64,000 bases of DNA from an uncultured Acidobacteriota bacterium (GTDB lineage Bacteria; Acidobacteriota; JAQAZP01), in assembly GCA_963836075.1 (NCBI GenBank), contig CAWIIB010000009.1, positions 3,264,001-3,328,000 on the forward strand, in the 5' to 3' direction. How positions within the stretch are numbered: the first letter of the stretch is position 1; each line of letters starts with the position of its first letter. Below, in pieces: positions 1 through 9,873 of the stretch. Under the pieces are notes generated by a model, which was not told where the DNA came from, made no database searches, and was given only the letters and a program-made list of their open reading frames with translations. Made by a program: the position numbers and the translations under genes.

Positions 1-489
1 GGGCCGGAATCGATCATCGAAGGGGTGCGGGAGATCTGGACCGACCCGCTGGTCATTGACGGGAGGACCGATTCGTTCCAGCAGACCGTGGAACTCCGGG
101 CGACCAAGCCGGGCATCATCATCGAGTCGGTGGAGGAGCATATCGTTCAAGTGGTGATCGTTCCGGAGATGGTGGAGCGCTACTACGAGGGTGTGCCGGT
201 GGTGGCCGTGAACCAGCAGCACGTGCTGGAGTTGGGGCAGGACAGTGTGGAGGTCTGGCTGGACGGCCCGCGCCTGCTGCTGGACAAGATCGCGGCCGAT
301 CGGCTCTCCGCCGTTCTCGATGTGAGCGGTCTGATACCGCGTGCCGAAGGATACGAACTGGCACCCACCATCCGGTTCACTCCGCCGCTGGCCGAGCGGG
401 ATCAGATCGAAGTGGCCTTCTATCCGCCGGGGGTGCGAGTCAGGTTGCTGGACCGGGCCAGCGGGAACGGGTCCCCCACCACGGGTTGA
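1..489 (+). CDS. YbbR/CdaR-like domain protein (5' truncated by the window)
   Basis: Frame open from base 1; YbbR-like segments (GPESIIEGV, VEVWLDGP); directly upstream of glmM as in cdaA-cdaR-glmM loci. Confidence 0.7.
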   Translation, partial: GPESIIEGVREIWTDPLVIDGRTDSFQQTVELRATKPGIIIESVEEHIVQVVIVPEMVERYYEGVPVVAVNQQHVLELGQDSVEVWLDGPRLLLDKIAADRLSAVLDVSGLIPRAEGYELAPTIRFTPPLAERDQIEVAFYPPGVRVRLLDRASGNGSPTTG

Positions 490-597
490 CGCCGGGGAAA
501 AACCGTGGAATTCTGTGTATTACCTGTTGAGCTTGACGGCCTCGGAGCCGATTCGAATATCGTGAGCGAAAAAATAGAAGTCCGGAAGGGAAGCGGC

Positions 598-1941
598 GTG
601 AGGAAACTGTTTGGAACAGATGGTATCCGGGGTAAAGCCGGCGAGCCGCCCCTGGACGAGGAGACGGTTACGAAGCTCGGGTTGGCCCTGGGTCGTAAAT
701 TCTCCGAATCCATGGAGGGGCCCGGTCTGCTCATCGGCCGGGATACCCGGGAGTCCGGCAACTGGATCGAGGAATCCCTTTCCCGGGGGTTCAGGGCTGC
801 CGGGGGCAGGGTCTCGCTGGCCGGTGTGATCCCCACTCCCGCCGTGGCCGGCCTGGTCCGCACCCAGGGTTTCCAGGGGGGGGTGGTGATCTCAGCATCC
901 CACAATCCGTTCCATGACAACGGCATCAAGGTCTTTTCCTCCAGCGGGTTCAAATTGCCCGACCAGGAGGAAGCGGACCTCGAGCGGCTGCTGGCCCAGG
1001 GCGGGGCGCTCCCTTCCTTCGGAGCCGGCACCAACGGCACCGGTCACGAGGAGGAATACCGCCGCCTCTATCTCGACTCCCTGCGCGAAGCGCTGATCGA
1101 TGACGTTTCATTCGATAAGATTCACGTGGTGGTGGATTGCGCCAACGGGGCCGCTTCGGGGCTGGCCGCCGAACTGTACCGCTCTCTCGGCGCCAGGGTC
1201 AGTTCCCTGTCCGATACCCCCAATGGCGTCAACATCAACCTCGACTGCGGCTCGCTCCATCCGGAGCACCTGGCCCGGCGGGTAGTGGAGGAAGAGGCCG
1301 ACCTGGGCATCGCCTTTGACGGCGATGCAGACCGGGCGATCTTTGTCGACGGCGAAGGCCGGCTGGTGGACGGTGACCACGTGCTCTTCCTTTGCAGCGT
1401 TCACCTGAGGAACCGGGGCATTCTCAAGGATTCGCACATCATCACCACGGTGATGGCCAATATCGGCCTGCAACTGGCCCTGGACCGCGAGCAGATCACC
1501 ATGGAGCGGACCCAGGTGGGGGACAAGTATGTCCTGGAACGGATGGTGGAGACCGATGCCATGCTGGGCGGTGAGCAGTCGGGGCACATTATCTTTCTGC
1601 ACCGGGCCACCACCGGGGACGGCATGCTCACCGGGCTGAAGGTGATCGAGGTGATGGCCGCCACCGGGAAGAGCCTGGCCGAGCTGACCCACCCGGTAAT
1701 CAAGTATCCCCAGATCCTGCTCAACCTCGAAGTGGCGAAAAAACCGCCCATCGAGGAACTGCCAGAGGTGATCGAGACCATCGCCGCTGTGGAATCCGAA
1801 CTGGCCGGCAAGGGCCGGGTGGTGGTCCGCTATTCCGGCACCGAGAACCTGGCCCGGGTAATGGTGGAGGGGCCGGACCAGGAGTCGATCGAGCGGCAGG
1901 CCCAGTCCATTGTCGAAGCCCTGAAGAGCAGTATCGGTTAG
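598..1941 (+). CDS. glmM: Phosphoglucosamine mutase
   Basis: RKLFGTDGIRG N-terminus, ISASHNP phospho-Ser motif, DGDADR metal loop, GGEQSGH, RYSGTE; GTG start at 598. Confidence 0.95.
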   Translation: MRKLFGTDGIRGKAGEPPLDEETVTKLGLALGRKFSESMEGPGLLIGRDTRESGNWIEESLSRGFRAAGGRVSLAGVIPTPAVAGLVRTQGFQGGVVISASHNPFHDNGIKVFSSSGFKLPDQEEADLERLLAQGGALPSFGAGTNGTGHEEEYRRLYLDSLREALIDDVSFDKIHVVVDCANGAASGLAAELYRSLGARVSSLSDTPNGVNINLDCGSLHPEHLARRVVEEEADLGIAFDGDADRAIFVDGEGRLVDGDHVLFLCSVHLRNRGILKDSHIITTVMANIGLQLALDREQITMERTQVGDKYVLERMVETDAMLGGEQSGHIIFLHRATTGDGMLTGLKVIEVMAATGKSLAELTHPVIKYPQILLNLEVAKKPPIEELPEVIETIAAVESELAGKGRVVVRYSGTENLARVMVEGPDQESIERQAQSIVEALKSSIG

Positions 1942-2117
1942 CCCGGACATGCCACAGGATTCCCGCCACGAATAAAATTCCATCCGTTTTCGTATCCCGA
2001 ACCGTATAACCGGTATGGACAGTCACGGACCGGGCCGGTCTGCGGCCGCTGTGTTACAATGTGGTCCATCAACGCCAGTATTGGCAACCCGCCATACAAT
2101 TGAAAGGAGCGCAGGCC

Positions 2118-3167
2118 ATGCAATGGGACAACACACCGGGAGGCGCCGGGCCGGGCAGGGAATTCACCCCTGACGACCTGCTGCAGTACATGCGTAAATT
2201 CAAACCCTCGTCGGGAAAGGCCGCACCGGTGATCTTCACCGTGCTGGGCATCTTCCTGGTGCTCTGGCTGGCCACCGGGATCTACATCGTCGGCGCGGAC
2301 GAGGAGGGCGTGGTGCGGCGTTTCGGCAAGGTGGTGCGCACCACCGGCCCCGGCCCCCACTACCACCTGCCCGCACCGATGGAGAGTGTGCTCAAGCCGA
2401 AGGTGACCAAGGTCTTTCGTACCGAGATCGGTTTCCGCACCATCAGCCAGGGGCCGCCGGCAAAGTACGAATCGATCGTCAAGGAGGCCCGGATGCTCAC
2501 CGGTGACGAAAACATCATCGTCATCTGGTTCGCCGTGCAGTTCAAGATCAACGATTCGATGAAATATCTGTTCAACGTGCGCGACGTGGAGAAAACACTT
2601 CGTGCATCGGCCGAGGCGGCGATGCGCGAGGTGATCGGCAGCAACGACATCGATACCGCTCTGACCACCGGCAAGGCCGAGGTGGAGAACGAGTCCCAGA
2701 TACTGCTGCAGGAGATCATGGACAGCTACAATTCGGGGATCGTCATCGAGCAGGTCAAGCTGCAGACTGTTGAGGCCCCCTCGCAGGTCATCCCGGCATT
2801 CAAGGACGTGGCCAGTGCCCGGGAGGACCGGGTGAAGCTGATCAACCAGTCCGAGGGCTACCGCAACGACATCCTGCCCAAGGCCCAGGGCGAGGCGGCA
2901 CAGATGGTGGCCCAGTCCGAGGCTTACGCCGCGGCCCGGGTGAGCCGGGCCCAGGGCGACGCCCAGCGGTTCAACCAGGTGGTGACGGAGTATCTGAAGG
3001 CCCGGGACGTGACCCGCGACCGGCTCTATATCGAGGCGATGGAAGAGGTGGTTGGCAAGGCCGACCGGATCATTCTCGATTCCAAGGCCGCCGGCGGCCT
3101 GCTGCCCTTCCTCCCCCTGGGACGGCAGGGAACAGCAACTCCGCCGGCCACGACTTCCGGGCAGTGA
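2118..3167 (+). CDS. hflK: FtsH modulator HflK (SPFH domain)
   Basis: N-terminal TM helix, MLTGDENII, AFKDVASARED, TRDRLYIEAMEEV; AAGGAG RBS. Confidence 0.93.
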   Translation: MQWDNTPGGAGPGREFTPDDLLQYMRKFKPSSGKAAPVIFTVLGIFLVLWLATGIYIVGADEEGVVRRFGKVVRTTGPGPHYHLPAPMESVLKPKVTKVFRTEIGFRTISQGPPAKYESIVKEARMLTGDENIIVIWFAVQFKINDSMKYLFNVRDVEKTLRASAEAAMREVIGSNDIDTALTTGKAEVENESQILLQEIMDSYNSGIVIEQVKLQTVEAPSQVIPAFKDVASAREDRVKLINQSEGYRNDILPKAQGEAAQMVAQSEAYAAARVSRAQGDAQRFNQVVTEYLKARDVTRDRLYIEAMEEVVGKADRIILDSKAAGGLLPFLPLGRQGTATPPATTSGQ

Positions 3168-3227
3168 TCAGTTTTTCGCGGCCCGCGCCCATCCTGCGGC
3201 GGGGCCTTCGCCATGGAGCGTAAGAAA

Positions 3228-4089
3228 ATGAACAAGATCCTGTTGACTCATACTGATCCTCCTCGCCGCGGCGCTCATCGTCATCGGCGGGACCGTTTTC
3301 ACGGTGGACCAGACCCAGAGCGCGGTGGTGCTGCAGTTGGGAAAACCGGTGATGGTCCACGACACCCCCGGCCTGAAATTCAAGATCCCCTTTGCCCAGC
3401 AGGTGACCTTCTTCGACAACCGGCTGCTCGACTACGACGCCGCCCCGGAGGAGATCGTCACCAAGGACAAGAAGACCCTGGTGGTGGACAACTTCGCCAA
3501 GTGGCGTATTGTGGACCCTTTGAAGTTCTACCAGGCCCTGCGCAGCGAACGCCAGGCCCAGAGCCGTCTCGACGACATCATCTTCGCCGAGGTGCGCGTC
3601 TCCCTGGGAACGCACACCCTGGAAGAGATCGTCAACGAGCTGCGCTCGGAGCTGATGCAGAACATCACCGCCCGCTGCAACGAGGCGGCCAAGGCCGACT
3701 ACGGTATCGAGATTCGTGACGTGCGGATCAAGCGGGCCGACCTGCCGCCGGAGAACGAGCGGGCGGTCTATGCCCGGATGACCGCCGAACGTGAGCGGGA
3801 GGCCAAGCGCTACCGCTCGGAGGGCGAAGAGGAAGCGCAGAAGATCCGCGCCACCGCGGAAAAGGAGCGCACGATCATCCTCGCCGAGGCGTACCGCCAG
3901 TCCGAGGAACTGCGGGGTGACGGCGACGCCCAGGCGACCGCCATCTACGCCGCGGCCTACGGCCGGGACGAGGAGTTCTACCGCTTCACCCGCAGCCTGG
4001 AGGCCTACAAGCGGTCGATCAAGGCCGGCACCACCCTGGTGCTGACGCCTGACTCGGAGTTTTTGCGTTATCTGAGGAAAAGCCGCTAG
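3228..4089 (+). CDS. hflC: FtsH modulator HflC; +1 frameshift at ~3246 (probable assembly error)
   Basis: MNKILL joins LILILLAAALIVIGGTVFTVDQTQ after removing one base; TKDKKTLVVDNFAKWRI, IKRADLP, EFYRFTRSLEAY motifs. Confidence 0.9.
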
Positions 4090-4131
4090 GCTGGACGGGA
4101 CAATCAGACGTTCGTCAGGAGGCCGGGCCTG

Positions 4132-5010
4132 TCAGGGGCCGGCCTCTTCTTTTACCAGGACGTGGTTGGCATGGGCATACCCGGCAGGGCTGCCGGCGTC
4201 GTGCAGCTCGCCGCCAATGAGCACGCCGGTCATGCCGTGGCGGCGGATGATCTCCTGCAGCACCGGCACGTCGTCCAGCTCTCCCTCGCCCTTCTGCTCA
4301 CGCCGCTGCCGGGCCAGGTAGTAGAAGAAGTGCTCGCCAAAAACATGCCGGGGGGCGCTGCGGTAAGGCGAGTGTGCGCCGGCAAGGGGAAATCTCCCCT
4401 CGCCCTTGTCCTGCAACTCCTCGATCCTGAAGCAGCGGCCCGGCCGGTCATCCCCCCCGTCAACCGGTTCACACCGCACACCGCCGCAATTGTCCAGCAG
4501 AGGCGCCTGTTCCGCCGTCACCCGGGAGAGGGCGATGGTGTCCAGACCATGGGTTGCCCGGGCTTCGATCAGCCGTGAGGTCACCGGAACCGGGTCGGTG
4601 AACAGGTTGTCCGGCAGCAGCAGGGCAAAGGAGTCGCCGTCGACGAAGTCCCGCGCCTGCCAGATGGCGTCTCCGAGGCCCAGGGGCACCTGCTGTTCGA
4701 GAAAGATGAACCGGGCCTCCTCACGCATCAGCGCCAGTTCGGCCAGGGCCTGGGACGCCCTCTGGTCGGTGGGAGAAACACGGTCCAGCGGCCGGTGCAG
4801 GAAATATTCGGCGATGGCCCTTTTACCCGGTGCGCTGATCACGCAGAGTTCACGGATTCCCGAGTTGAAGGCTTCGGCCACCGCGTAGTGGATCATCGGG
4901 ATGCCGGCCACCGGCAGCATTTCCTTGGGCACGGCCAGGGTGGCGGGAAGCATTCGTGTGCCCAGCCCTCCGGCCGGGATAACCGCCTTGTCTATCCCTG
5001 TCGGCACCAT
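4132..5010 (-). CDS. galU: UTP--glucose-1-phosphate uridylyltransferase-like nucleotidyltransferase (GalU family)
   Basis: KAVIPAGGLGTRMLPATLAVPKEMLP, EQQVPLGLGDA, LLPDN motifs. Confidence 0.75.
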   Translation of the reverse strand: MVPTGIDKAVIPAGGLGTRMLPATLAVPKEMLPVAGIPMIHYAVAEAFNSGIRELCVISAPGKRAIAEYFLHRPLDRVSPTDQRASQALAELALMREEARFIFLEQQVPLGLGDAIWQARDFVDGDSFALLLPDNLFTDPVPVTSRLIEARATHGLDTIALSRVTAEQAPLLDNCGGVRCEPVDGGDDRPGRCFRIEELQDKGEGRFPLAGAHSPYRSAPRHVFGEHFFYYLARQRREQKGEGELDDVPVLQEIIRRHGMTGVLIGGELHDAGSPAGYAHANHVLVKEEAGP

Positions 5011-5085
5011 AATTCCCCCCGGTGCGGAATAACCACTGGTTTCCACTGGTCAGCAGAGCATAAAATAGGTGTCAGCGGAGGTCAA

Positions 5086-5967
5086 ATGCGCATCACGCTC
5101 GATGAACTGGACCGCCGAATCGAGACGGCGCGGAGACTGATCGATTCCTGCCGTCTCTGCCCCCGGGAGTGCGGGGCCTCGCGGACCCGGGGGGAGACCG
5201 GGCACTGCGGCGTGACCGCCGACCTGCTGGTCTCCAGCATCGGCGCCCACTTCGGCGAGGAGCCGGAGCTGGTGGGCCGCGGCGGGTCAGGAACCATCTT
5301 CCTCTCCGGCTGCAATCTCCTCTGCACCTTCTGCCAGAACTACGACACCAGCCACCACCGGCGGGGCGAGCACTACTCGGTCCCCCAGCTGGCCGCAGCC
5401 ATGCTGGCCCTCCAGCAGCAGGGCTGTCACAACGTCAACATCGTCACCCCCACCCACTACGTCACCCCGCTGCTGGAGGCGATGAAGCTGGCGGTAGAGA
5501 ACGGCTTGGCCGTCCCCCTGGTTTACAACTGCGGGGGTTACGAGTCGCTGGAGACGCTGCGGCTGCTGGACGGGGTGGTGGACATCTACATGCCGGACAT
5601 CAAGTTCGCCTCGGCCGCGGTGGGCCGCGACTACTGCGGCGTGCCCGACTACCCGGAGCGGGCCCGGGCGGCGCTGGTCGAGATGCACCGCCAAGTGGGC
5701 GTGCTGACCACCGGGGAGGGGGGAGTGGCGGTGCGCGGCGTGCTGATCCGCCACCTGGTGCTGCCCGGCGGCCTGGCCGGCAGCGAAAAAGTATTCGCCT
5801 TCATCGCCCGGGAGCTGTCACCCGACAGCTATGTCAACGTGATGGCCCAGTACAGGCCCTGCTTTGACGCGGTGAGCGACCCGCGACTGGGCCGTTCCCT
5901 CACCGCAGACGAATTCCAGGCGGCGTTGGCCGCCGCCCGCCATGCCGGCCTGCACCGCGGTTTCTGA
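5086..5967 (+). CDS. pflX: Radical SAM protein, PflX-like
   Basis: CRLCPREC N-terminal motif, HFGEEP, CNLLCTFCQN (CxxxCxxC), IYMPDIK, IRHLVLPG. Confidence 0.8.
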   Translation: MRITLDELDRRIETARRLIDSCRLCPRECGASRTRGETGHCGVTADLLVSSIGAHFGEEPELVGRGGSGTIFLSGCNLLCTFCQNYDTSHHRRGEHYSVPQLAAAMLALQQQGCHNVNIVTPTHYVTPLLEAMKLAVENGLAVPLVYNCGGYESLETLRLLDGVVDIYMPDIKFASAAVGRDYCGVPDYPERARAALVEMHRQVGVLTTGEGGVAVRGVLIRHLVLPGGLAGSEKVFAFIARELSPDSYVNVMAQYRPCFDAVSDPRLGRSLTADEFQAALAAARHAGLHRGF

Positions 5968-6013
5968 TGTCCCCGGCGGAGCTGGCCTCCGCCTTCATTT
6001 CCATTGGCAGGAC

Positions 6014-6502
6014 ATGAAACCTGAAAACCCTGATCACCCCCGATTCGCCGTTGACTGCATGTTGGGTAAACTGGCCCGCTGGCTGCGGGTGTTGGGCTTC
6101 GATGCCACCTACTACCACAACATCGAGGACCTTGCATTGCTTGATCAGGCGCGAGCCGAGGGCCGGCTGGTGCTGACCAGGGACCGGAGTATGGCGGCGT
6201 CGGCAGGGCAGGGGCAGATCTTGCTGGTGGTGGACGAACAGCTGGAGGGGCAACTGCGCCAGGTGATCGGCGACCTCGAGCTCCGTCTCCGCCGTGAGCA
6301 ACTGTTCAGCCGCTGTATCGAGTGCGGCGGCCCCATCGAACCTTTGCCTGCCGAGAAGGCGAGGGGACGGGTTCCCGACTATGTGCAGGCCACCCAGAGC
6401 GAATTTTCCAGCTGCCCCAACTGCAGCAAGATCTACTGGAGCTCGACCCATGTCAGCGCCATGCTGGACCGCCTGGAAGCGATGGGGATCAGGGTCAAGT
6501 AG
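6014..6502 (+). CDS. Mut7-C RNase (PIN-like) domain protein
   Basis: FAVDCMLGKLARWLRVLGFD, LTRDR, SRCIECGG, CPNCSKIYW signature. Confidence 0.9.
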   Translation: MKPENPDHPRFAVDCMLGKLARWLRVLGFDATYYHNIEDLALLDQARAEGRLVLTRDRSMAASAGQGQILLVVDEQLEGQLRQVIGDLELRLRREQLFSRCIECGGPIEPLPAEKARGRVPDYVQATQSEFSSCPNCSKIYWSSTHVSAMLDRLEAMGIRVK

Positions 6503-6663
6503 GAGATCATCCCTGTTCCGCACCGGCCCGCAATCTGTCCTCAATAGGGGATAGTACACGCCAGTTCACTGGATCCTCCCTGGACCTCCCCCCCCATTCT
6601 GTCCCAGTAACATATTGGTAATTCAACTGTTTCCATCACATGTGGATTTCATGCTCTTCACGA

Positions 6664-6678
6664 TGGCACGGGAGTTGC
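6664..6678 (+). promoter_or_regulatory. sigma54 (RpoN) -24/-12 promoter
   Basis: TGGCACG-GGAG-TTGC, exact match to TGGCACG-N4-TTGC, ~130 bp upstream of the 6808 ATG. Confidence 0.75.
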
Positions 6679-6807
6679 TCTCTAGGGTGGTGTGCGTCGC
6701 CAGGCGATACACACCCCAACTGAAACCGGGCCCGCCAGAGCGGGCTTCACCAGCGGAAGGCCGGGGCAGGAGATGACGGCCGGACGCATAGCCAGGGAGG
6801 ACAGACC

Positions 6808-8523
6808 ATGACTTCCACAAAACCGAGACAATGGGTGGTGCGAATGCTGCTGGCCGCCGGGGTCCTTCTGGCCCTGGTGGCGGCGGCCCCCGAAGCGCAG
6901 GCCGGTTTCCAGTTGTCCATCGGCACCGGAGGGTTTTACTTCTCCGTGGGCCACAACGACTACTACCCCTATTACAGCCAGCCGGCCCACTACGGCGGGT
7001 ACGCCGCCACCTCGTTCAGTTTTTACAACACGCTGGGTGACTACGGCTACTGGCAGTATCTCCCCGAGATGGGGATGCAGGTCTGGATCCCGTATGTGGA
7101 GTATGGCTGGCGGCCTTACACCTACGGCCACTGGACCTATTCGTCCTACGGCTGGACCTGGGTGGCCTACGAACCATGGGGCTGGATCCCGCACCACTAC
7201 GGGAACTGGACCTATGTGGACCACTACGGCTGGGCCTGGGTCCCCGGGTATACCTGGAGGCCGCACTGCGTGCAGTTCGCCGTCTGCAACGGCTACATCG
7301 GCTGGGCCCCCATGGCTCCGCCCTGGTACCGCTACCACAGCAACCGCGGCTACCGCTATCACGGCGACCGGGGCTGGTACTCCGGCTGGCGCCACGGGCA
7401 CCAGCGTCACGAGTACAGCGGTATCGACTACAGCACCTATGTCTTCGTGGACAACCGGAACTTTTACGGCACCGCTATCCAGCAGCACGCCCTGCTCCCC
7501 GGGAGCGGAGCGGAGATGTTCCGGGCAGGCCAGGTGATGCCGCTGGGTGAGACCCTCGACCTGGACTATGTCCGGCGGGTCTCCAGGCAATCGATCACGC
7601 CGGTGGCCCTGGACCGCCAGGTGTACAAGGTCAATGGCAGCGAGGTGGTGCACTACCAGCCCCGCGGCCAGGAAGACCTGGTGCGCGACGCGGCCCTGCC
7701 CACGGTGAACAGGGTTCTGGCCCCCGGATTCCAGAAGCACGGCGTCAGTTTCAAGGGCTCGTCGGCCAGGAGCGCCGGTTCGGTGAACAGCATGTTCCAG
7801 CAGGGCAACGTGACGCCGAGGACCACGACCTTCAAACAGTCTGCGGTTTCCAGGGGAATGGCCAACGACGAGTATTACCAGAAGCAGAAGCGCACCCTTG
7901 ACAACCTGTCCCGTTCACGGGCGTCGAACTCCGGGGCTGCCGACACGGCTTCCCCGAAGGGCCGGCAGTCGTCAAAGAGCGTGGAACGTTCCTCGCCGGC
8001 CGGAACAACCCCGGTGGCCACCGCAGCCAATGGACGGAGCAGCGGCTACAAGCCGCGCAGTGGTGCACAAGCCGGCAGCCAGGGGTCATCGTCCCCGGGC
8101 AAGAGCCGGTCGATCAGCCGCGGCGCGTCAACTTCGGGCAGGAACCAGTCGGTGAGCAGGGGCGGGTCGTCCCCGGGCCGGAGCCGCACGGTGACTAAGG
8201 GATCGGCGTCATCCACCAGCCGCAACCGGTCGGTGAGCAAGCCCCCGGCGTCCACCAGGACCGCGCCCGTGCCGCCGCGCAAGCCGTCGAAGCCTGCCGG
8301 ATCGGCGTCATCCACCAGCCGCAACCGGTCGGTGAGCAAGCCCCCGGCGTCCACCAGGACCGCGCCCGTGCCGCCGCGCAAGCCCTCGAAACCGGCCCGT
8401 ACGTCCGGCAGTTCCCGCGCTTCCCGCAGCAAGCCGGCCGGAAAGGCTGCCGGAAAGCCCTCGGGCAAACCCTCTGCCGGGGAGAAGTCGGCGGACAAGG
8501 GCAAGTCCGGAAAGCGTAACTGA
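6808..8523 (+). CDS. Secreted DUF6600-like (Y/W/G-rich repeat) protein with long S/R/K/P-rich disordered tail
   Basis: Signal peptide; FYNTLGDYGYW...GWRPYTYGHW...EPWGWIPHHYGNW pattern; low-complexity C-terminal ~200 aa. Confidence 0.7.
   Translation: MTSTKPRQWVVRMLLAAGVLLALVAAAPEAQAGFQLSIGTGGFYFSVGHNDYYPYYSQPAHYGGYAATSFSFYNTLGDYGYWQYLPEMGMQVWIPYVEYGWRPYTYGHWTYSSYGWTWVAYEPWGWIPHHYGNWTYVDHYGWAWVPGYTWRPHCVQFAVCNGYIGWAPMAPPWYRYHSNRGYRYHGDRGWYSGWRHGHQRHEYSGIDYSTYVFVDNRNFYGTAIQQHALLPGSGAEMFRAGQVMPLGETLDLDYVRRVSRQSITPVALDRQVYKVNGSEVVHYQPRGQEDLVRDAALPTVNRVLAPGFQKHGVSFKGSSARSAGSVNSMFQQGNVTPRTTTFKQSAVSRGMANDEYYQKQKRTLDNLSRSRASNSGAADTASPKGRQSSKSVERSSPAGTTPVATAANGRSSGYKPRSGAQAGSQGSSSPGKSRSISRGASTSGRNQSVSRGGSSPGRSRTVTKGSASSTSRNRSVSKPPASTRTAPVPPRKPSKPAGSASSTSRNRSVSKPPASTRTAPVPPRKPSKPARTSGSSRASRSKPAGKAAGKPSGKPSAGEKSADKGKSGKRN
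8200..8397 (+). repeat. 99-bp in-frame tandem duplication within the disordered tail
   Basis: GGATCGGCGTCATCCACCAGC...CGCAAGCC at 8200 and 8299, identical over ~86 bp. Confidence 0.9.
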
Positions 8524-8538
8524 ATCAGAACCCATCCC

Positions 8539-8582
8539 GCGGGGGGAAGCATATCCCCCTTTTCCCCCCCGCGCCTTTTTTA
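8539..8582 (+). terminator. Rho-independent terminator
   Basis: GCGGGGGGAA/TTCCCCCCCGC stem followed by T-run. Confidence 0.7.
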
Positions 8583-8710
8583 TCCCGGCCAGCTGTGACG
8601 TCTCCGGGCGGGGAACTTTCCGGGTGCCGGCAACGTTGAATCATCAGGAAACAGTCGTGATCCATTGATTCATACCTGCCGCGAGGCGGAAAGAACAAGG
8701 AGGGTTCCGT

Positions 8711-9775
8711 ATGGAGACCCGCAGCAACGAACTTCGTTTCAGGCCGGCGGCACTATGCTCGCTGGCGTTTTCAATTCTGATGGTACTGGGCCTGGCCGCG
8801 GGGCCGCTGTTCGGTGCCGTGGGTGATATCGGCGACTCAAAGGTGATCCAGGTGTCAATGGACGGCTGGTCGCCGGGTGAACCGCTGGAAATCAACAACC
8901 TTGCCGGAAAAATGGAACTCTCCGGCGGTGGAGAGCCTTCGTTGAGGGTCACCATTCACGCTGAGGCCAGCGGCGGCCTGTCGGTGAGTGAGATCCTTGA
9001 GCTGGTGGACGTGCGGGCGAAGAAGGTTGCCAACGGTTTTGCGGTCACCACGGTGCTGCCGCTGGACCGGTTCACCACCTATGCCTATCCCGGGAACGCG
9101 GTCGGCGGGGACGGAGGGGGCGGAGGGTTCTTCGCATCGTGGTTCGACGGTTCCAGCAGCTCCAACGGAACTTTCGACGGGAAGAAGGTCAAGGTGATCA
9201 CCAAGTCCGGTTCGGGATCACTGACCGTCTGGGCTGATTACCTGCTGGTGGTGCCGTCGGGCCGCGAAGTGACCATGAACAACTTTGTCGGTGTGCTCAA
9301 GGTCCATGACGCGGACGGCACCTTCTCGCTGGACACCGCCAGCGGCGACGTGACGGCTTCTGACGTACGGGGAGCGCTGCTGGTTGATACCGGCAGCGGC
9401 GACGTCGGGGTGAGCGGATTCTCCGGGACCCGGCTGACCATCGACACCGGTTCGGGTGACATCTCGGTGGCCGAGGTCGCAGCGGACAAACTCGTTGCCG
9501 ACACCGGCAGCGGTGACGTGGATGTTGACTGCGACCTGGTCAACTGCCGCAGGATGGTGGTGGATACCGGCAGTGGCGATGTGGTGATCAGCCTGCCGGC
9601 GGCGGCGCCTTTCTCGCTGCGTGCCGACACCGGCAGTGGCGATGTGAGCGGCAACCTGGATGGCGCGCACGCGGTGATGGATGACGACGAACTGGTGGGA
9701 TTTGATCGGGGTACTGGTGGCACCACGATCCTGGTGGATACGGGCAGCGGTGATGTGACGGTCAGGAACCGTTGA
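8711..9775 (+). CDS. DUF4097-family beta-strand repeat (adhesin-like) secreted protein
   Basis: Signal peptide; about seven DT(G/A)SGD(V/I) repeats. Confidence 0.8.
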   Translation: METRSNELRFRPAALCSLAFSILMVLGLAAGPLFGAVGDIGDSKVIQVSMDGWSPGEPLEINNLAGKMELSGGGEPSLRVTIHAEASGGLSVSEILELVDVRAKKVANGFAVTTVLPLDRFTTYAYPGNAVGGDGGGGGFFASWFDGSSSSNGTFDGKKVKVITKSGSGSLTVWADYLLVVPSGREVTMNNFVGVLKVHDADGTFSLDTASGDVTASDVRGALLVDTGSGDVGVSGFSGTRLTIDTGSGDISVAEVAADKLVADTGSGDVDVDCDLVNCRRMVVDTGSGDVVISLPAAAPFSLRADTGSGDVSGNLDGAHAVMDDDELVGFDRGTGGTTILVDTGSGDVTVRNR

Positions 9776-9873
9776 GGATCCGTACACCATAGTGCCGGGT
9801 CGATACCTTGTTTCAAATCGGGAGACGCCCCTGGAGGCTGGACAGCCTTCCCCTCGGCCGGTGCTGACCCCTG

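Noticed and set aside
575-600. GTCCGGAAGGGAAGCGGC resembles SRP RNA helix 8
   Set aside because: Lacks the CAGG internal-loop motif and flanking helix; it is the purine-rich glmM RBS region
9320-9760. Repeated GACACCGGCAGCGG units, CRISPR-like at first sight
   Set aside because: In-frame DTGSGD protein repeats with wobble variation; no cas genes
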